Source: Candidatus Thorarchaeota archaeon SMTZ1-45 (GTDB taxonomy: Archaea > Asgardarchaeota > Thorarchaeia > Thorarchaeales > Thorarchaeaceae). Taken from it: DNA of 60,915 bases. Location: the NCBI GenBank assembly GCA_001563335.1, contig LRSL01000007.1, positions 1-60,915 on the forward strand, given 5' to 3'. A program made the translations under genes and the position numbers. The notes under the pieces were generated by a model, which saw nothing but the letters and a program-made list of their open reading frames with translations, did no database searches and was not told the DNA's origin. Positions within the stretch are counted from its first letter, which is position 1. Every line of letters starts with the position of its first letter. Shown here in pieces: positions 57,057 through 60,915 of the stretch.

Positions 57057-58196
57057 ATGTTGCAGTTCGATTTCTTTGCTTGGCTTGCTGGCATTCCACA
57101 ATGGCTTGAAGGTGTGTTCTACTGGATTTGGGGAATAATCAAGGGTGTCCTTCTCTGGATTTGGGCTTTCATTCAGCATTTGTGGATTACCATTTTTGAT
57201 CCAATTAATTTCATGTTCCTCTTCCGCGCAGTCTTGTTTCCAGGTCTTATTTTCGTGGTTATGGCTCTAATATGGGCTGTTTGGTTCACTAGGAAATTGT
57301 GGGGTCGCATCCAAGACAGACGCGGTCCTGTCCACCTGGGCAAGTATGGAGGTCTCCAACTATTTGCAGATGCTATCAAGCTAATTGCAAAAGAGAGCAT
57401 CATCCCAGATAATGCAAAACGTTGGATGTTCAGGTTTCTCCCTGGACTCCTTCTAGTTATTGTACTCTTACCATTCTGCTTTATTCCATGGGACTTCGAT
57501 TATTGGTATATCGCAGATCTTTCGGTAAGCCTTGTATTAGTCTTTGCTTTCCTGACTGCTGTACCCGTCATCGCACTTCTTGCTGGTTGGGTCAGTGGTT
57601 CGAAGTACTCTCTCATTGGTGGCTTTAGAGCTGCCAACAATCAGTTTGCAGCCGAGATTCCAATGATCATCTCGACGATTGGTCCAGCCTTACTCGCAGG
57701 GTCTCTCAGCCTGATGGGGATTGCTCAAGCTCAGCAATCAGTCTGGTTTGCAGCTTTACTACCAATCAACCTGGCTACTTTCTTGGTTGCTGCAATCGCA
57801 TCCGTAGGAATCTTTCCCTTCGATGCACCTGTTGCAGATTCTGAGATTATCTTTGGATGGAGGACAGAGTTCACTGGTATCTATTTCACACTCACATATT
57901 TCGCTGAGTTTGCAGAACAGATGCTATATTCAGCATTGATTGTTGCTCTGTTCTTAGGCGGACCAGTTGGTCTTCCATTCCTACCAGGTGCAGTGAACTT
58001 CATTATCAAGTTCATTATCACATTCTTCTTCTTTGTGTTGGTTAGTTCTTCATTCCAGCGACTCAGACAAGACCAGATAGTCCACTACTGCTGGAAGTAT
58101 TTGTTACCACTTGCGCTCTTGAACGTCATAATCGCAATGCTTGCGATAGTCTATCTTCCAGGACTGGCTGCATTGCTACCCATGGGAGGTGGATAA
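57057..58196 (+). CDS. nuoH: complex I-like subunit H
   Basis: RKLWGRIQDRRGP, GLQLFADAIKLIAKE, SKYSLIGGFRA, PFD, RLRQDQ; ATG 57057 follows GGAGGTG. Confidence 0.94.
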   Translation: MLQFDFFAWLAGIPQWLEGVFYWIWGIIKGVLLWIWAFIQHLWITIFDPINFMFLFRAVLFPGLIFVVMALIWAVWFTRKLWGRIQDRRGPVHLGKYGGLQLFADAIKLIAKESIIPDNAKRWMFRFLPGLLLVIVLLPFCFIPWDFDYWYIADLSVSLVLVFAFLTAVPVIALLAGWVSGSKYSLIGGFRAANNQFAAEIPMIISTIGPALLAGSLSLMGIAQAQQSVWFAALLPINLATFLVAAIASVGIFPFDAPVADSEIIFGWRTEFTGIYFTLTYFAEFAEQMLYSALIVALFLGGPVGLPFLPGAVNFIIKFIITFFFFVLVSSSFQRLRQDQIVHYCWKYLLPLALLNVIIAMLAIVYLPGLAALLPMGGG

Positions 58197-58199
58197 ACT

Positions 58200-58631
58200 A
58201 TGGGATTCTTCAGTGTATTAGGTGATTGCTTCCAGATTCTGAAACATACATTCAGACAAGTCTTCAAGAGACCGTTCACATACTTCTTCCCATTTGAGGA
58301 TAGAATCTACCCTGAGCGAACAAGAGGTAGGCACATCCATGTTCGCAAGAACTGCACAGCGTGTGCACAATGTGTACGCGCATGTCCTGTCGTAGCAATC
58401 AGGATGGACAAAGAAGACAAGATGTACGAGAAGGATTGTGCCTTATACTTCGACTACACAAGATGCATCTTCTGTGGGCTTTGCACTCAGGCTTGCAGGT
58501 TCGAGGCACTGTTTCACACTCCAGTCGTTGATTTGAGTGAAGGAGACCGTGAGGATCTCATCTATGGACCTGACAAGATTGAAACACTTGACAGAGACCC
58601 TCTAGAGTGGCGTGGAAGGAGGTTCCGGTGA
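58200..58631 (+). CDS. nuoI: complex I-like subunit I (2x[4Fe-4S])
   Basis: RTRGRH, CTACAQCVRACP, CIFCGLCTQAC. Confidence 0.93.
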   Translation: MGFFSVLGDCFQILKHTFRQVFKRPFTYFFPFEDRIYPERTRGRHIHVRKNCTACAQCVRACPVVAIRMDKEDKMYEKDCALYFDYTRCIFCGLCTQACRFEALFHTPVVDLSEGDREDLIYGPDKIETLDRDPLEWRGRRFR

Positions 58632-60188
58632 ATGCAAATCACAGAACTTCCCTTTGCAGCTCTCTCTTTGGCAGTGCTCTTCTTCGGAGGACTCCTTATC
58701 TATGTCTTCAAGGGCAGTCTGGATAAAACAGCTGGAAGAGTCGCGGTTGGATTCTCAGGAATCGCTTCCCTCTTGATGGTGTATCCTTTCTATCAGGTGG
58801 TAACAGGAGCTCTACCGGAGTATACGGAGTTTGCCACTTGGTCCGGACTTCTGGAGCAGTTCGGTCTCAGGCTTGATGGCATTGCTTTTCCAATCACATT
58901 TGCAGTGGTCGTGCTTGGATTTCTCTCAGTCGTCTATGCTGTTGGTTATACAGAGCATAGCGAGAATAGGGCTACCTTCTTTGCCAACCAGCTCTTCTTC
59001 CTGATGGGCATGCAGTGGGTGACCTTGGCAACTAATTTGATCGAATTCTTCATTGCGTGGGAATTGATGCTAGTACCAGCATACTTCCTTATTCTGTTCT
59101 GGGGGTTGCCTGAAACTCGAAAACGGACTGCTTTGAAGTTCTGGCTTTATACGCAATCTGGTGCTGTCTGTATCCTGGTTGGTTTTGGCATTCTCTACTC
59201 ATTGACAGGTTTCTTTGACTTGGCATCATTGCAGGGAGCTGTTGACTTGCTTGATCTCCACGAAGTGCTCCCAGGATTGGGAATAGACATTGGCGCTATT
59301 CTGAGGGTTGTATTCATCCTTCTCGGAGCAGGATTCTTGGTTAAGATGGCGGTCTTTCCCATCCACTGGTGGCTCCCACCTGTTCATGCTGAGGCACCCA
59401 CACCAATCTCAGTACTTCTTTCAGGTGCCATGATTGAGACTGGTGCTTATGCCTTGATGCGGTTTGGTAGCATTACACTCTGGGATGCAGCATACGCGCT
59501 GTCATTCTTTGTTGCTGCATTAGGAGTCATAACCATGTTCTATGGTGGATTCATGGCTCTAGCCCAGATTGACATCAAGAGACTCTTAGCATACTCGTCG
59601 GTTTCACAGATGGGCTATGTTCTTTTTGCCCTTGGTACATACTCACCCATGGGCTTCGAAGGAGGTATGTTCCATCTCATCAACCATGCCTTCTCCAAAG
59701 GATTGTTGTTCATGACCGCAGGTGCAGTCATACATCAGACTGGTCTTCGTGACATAACGAAGATGGGCGGTCTCTCAAACAAGATGCCAATCACTGCATT
59801 TGCTGCTGCAATTGGCATGATGAGCATTGCTGGCAGTCCTCCTCTCTCTGGCTTTGCAAGTGAGTGGATGATGTTCCTTGGTGGATTCCAGAGGGCTGTT
59901 TGGCCTGGCTCTAATCTAGCTTTCCTCATTCTAACAATATTTGCAGTTTCAAGTTCAATTCTCAGTGCAGGATATATGCTGCGTTTCTTCTGGAAGGTCT
60001 TTCTCGGCTCTCACCCTGATGAGCTCGAAGACGTGAAAGAGAGTTCCAATTCTATGACAATCCCTATGATCATACTTGGAATCCTCATAGTGATCTTTGG
60101 AATATTCCCAGGACTGGCACTGGATGTCATTGTCCCGGCGATAACGAACCTAGTACCGTGGGACCAGCTCGGTCTAATTCTCCCATGA
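58632..60188 (+). CDS. nuoM: complex I-like antiporter subunit M
   Basis: FFIAWELMLVP, VKMAVFPIHWWLPPVHAEAPTP, DIKRLLAYSSVSQMG, NHAFSKG. Confidence 0.9.
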   Translation: MQITELPFAALSLAVLFFGGLLIYVFKGSLDKTAGRVAVGFSGIASLLMVYPFYQVVTGALPEYTEFATWSGLLEQFGLRLDGIAFPITFAVVVLGFLSVVYAVGYTEHSENRATFFANQLFFLMGMQWVTLATNLIEFFIAWELMLVPAYFLILFWGLPETRKRTALKFWLYTQSGAVCILVGFGILYSLTGFFDLASLQGAVDLLDLHEVLPGLGIDIGAILRVVFILLGAGFLVKMAVFPIHWWLPPVHAEAPTPISVLLSGAMIETGAYALMRFGSITLWDAAYALSFFVAALGVITMFYGGFMALAQIDIKRLLAYSSVSQMGYVLFALGTYSPMGFEGGMFHLINHAFSKGLLFMTAGAVIHQTGLRDITKMGGLSNKMPITAFAAAIGMMSIAGSPPLSGFASEWMMFLGGFQRAVWPGSNLAFLILTIFAVSSSILSAGYMLRFFWKVFLGSHPDELEDVKESSNSMTIPMIILGILIVIFGIFPGLALDVIVPAITNLVPWDQLGLILP

Positions 60189-60198
60189 GGTGACACAG

Positions 60199-60915
60199 AT
60201 GCTATTCGGACTACCCTATTATCTAATCCTCGTCATTCCCTTGGGCGGCGCATTATTAATTCCACTAGTTGGAAGGTTTAGTGAAAAAGCAAGAGACTGG
60301 ACACCAGCATTCTTCATGGGTATTGCAATGATCCTATGTTGGTCACTTCTTCCTGATATCGGAACGACCGAGAACACCAGCTGGATGTGGATCGCTCAGC
60401 TTGGTCTTGAGTTCAGCGTCCTGCTTGATCCACTTTCCGTCATCATGGCTATTCTTGCTAGCACACTCTGTTTCCTCATCTATGTCTATAGCACAGAGTA
60501 CATGGCTCATGATGAAGACCGTATGCGCTTCCACTTCCTAATGCTCACCTTCGGAGGTGGAATGCTCACACTTGTTCTGAGCAACAACCTGCTGATTGGG
60601 TTTATCGGATGGGAGATAATGGGCTTCTGTTCCTACGGTCTCATCGGTTTCTGGAACGATAAGAGGAATCCACCTGAAAAAGATCCAACTGGCTATGAGC
60701 AGACCAATCCCTTACTCCAGTGGGAGACCGAGGGCAACTACAACAGCTACTGCGGCACAAAGGCATTCATCGTCACAAGAATTGGTGATGCCTTCATGCT
60801 GGGTGGTATCCTGTTGTTGTTCGTGTTCACTCAGACATTCATGTTCTCTGAGATGGCTGACCCAGCAGCCTCTAACCATTGGTGGGAAAATATGTCTAAT
60901 GTAGGCTTGCTGATT
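60199..60915 (+). CDS. nuoL: complex I-like antiporter subunit L; runs off the window edge
   Basis: Manual translation from ATG 60199 (after GAGGTGA): LDPLS..YSTEYMAHD..FIGWEIMGFCSYGLIGFW..KAFIVTRIGD. Confidence 0.92.
   Translation, partial: MLFGLPYYLILVIPLGGALLIPLVGRFSEKARDWTPAFFMGIAMILCWSLLPDIGTTENTSWMWIAQLGLEFSVLLDPLSVIMAILASTLCFLIYVYSTEYMAHDEDRMRFHFLMLTFGGGMLTLVLSNNLLIGFIGWEIMGFCSYGLIGFWNDKRNPPEKDPTGYEQTNPLLQWETEGNYNSYCGTKAFIVTRIGDAFMLGGILLLFVFTQTFMFSEMADPAASNHWWENMSNVGLLI

Noticed and set aside
173-60904. Numerous 60-175 aa ORFs antisense to or nested in the called genes
   Set aside because: Shadow frames of well-supported genes, with no motifs of their own
1-60915. CRISPR arrays, tRNA/rRNA genes, transposases, integrases
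   Set aside because: No repeat-spacer periodicity, cloverleaf/rRNA signature or recombinase motif recognised by eye; a tRNAscan/Infernal run would be needed to exclude them fully

Overview
Archaeal genomic window, probably from an Asgard archaeon such as Thorarchaeia. This is inferred from TATA/BRE-type promoters, GGAGGTG(A) ribosome-binding sites, a CxxxY-type CcmE, sequon-rich surface proteins and gene content, and is not proven. About 1-12.5 kb is an accessory region: four paralogous MDR/quinone-reductase-like genes with two broken remnants, small membrane proteins, an APH-type kinase, a radical SAM protein, a methyltransferase and an MFS transporter. About 12.6-22 kb holds mutL, an amidohydrolase, tal, rpe, a DUF362-type protein and mutS, plus an unannotated ~120-nt rod-like structured RNA candidate. 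From ~22 kb to the end is an apparent respiratory supercluster: complete cytochrome c maturation genes (ccmABCDE, ccmF), four FAD-oxidoreductase + Fe-S/CCG (GlcF/HdrD-like) pairs, three surface c-type cytochrome candidates with non-canonical heme motifs (CX3CH, CX4CH, CX5CH, CxxCM), menaquinone side-chain genes (menA, long-chain prenyl synthase, prenyl reductase) and a rearranged complex I-like operon (nuoA-J-K-C-D-H-I-M-L) with no nuoB in its visible part. The most striking feature is that the only NuoB in the window is fused to the C-terminus of one of the FAD oxidoreductases (50709-52649), suggesting a complex I-like pump with a built-in flavoprotein module.
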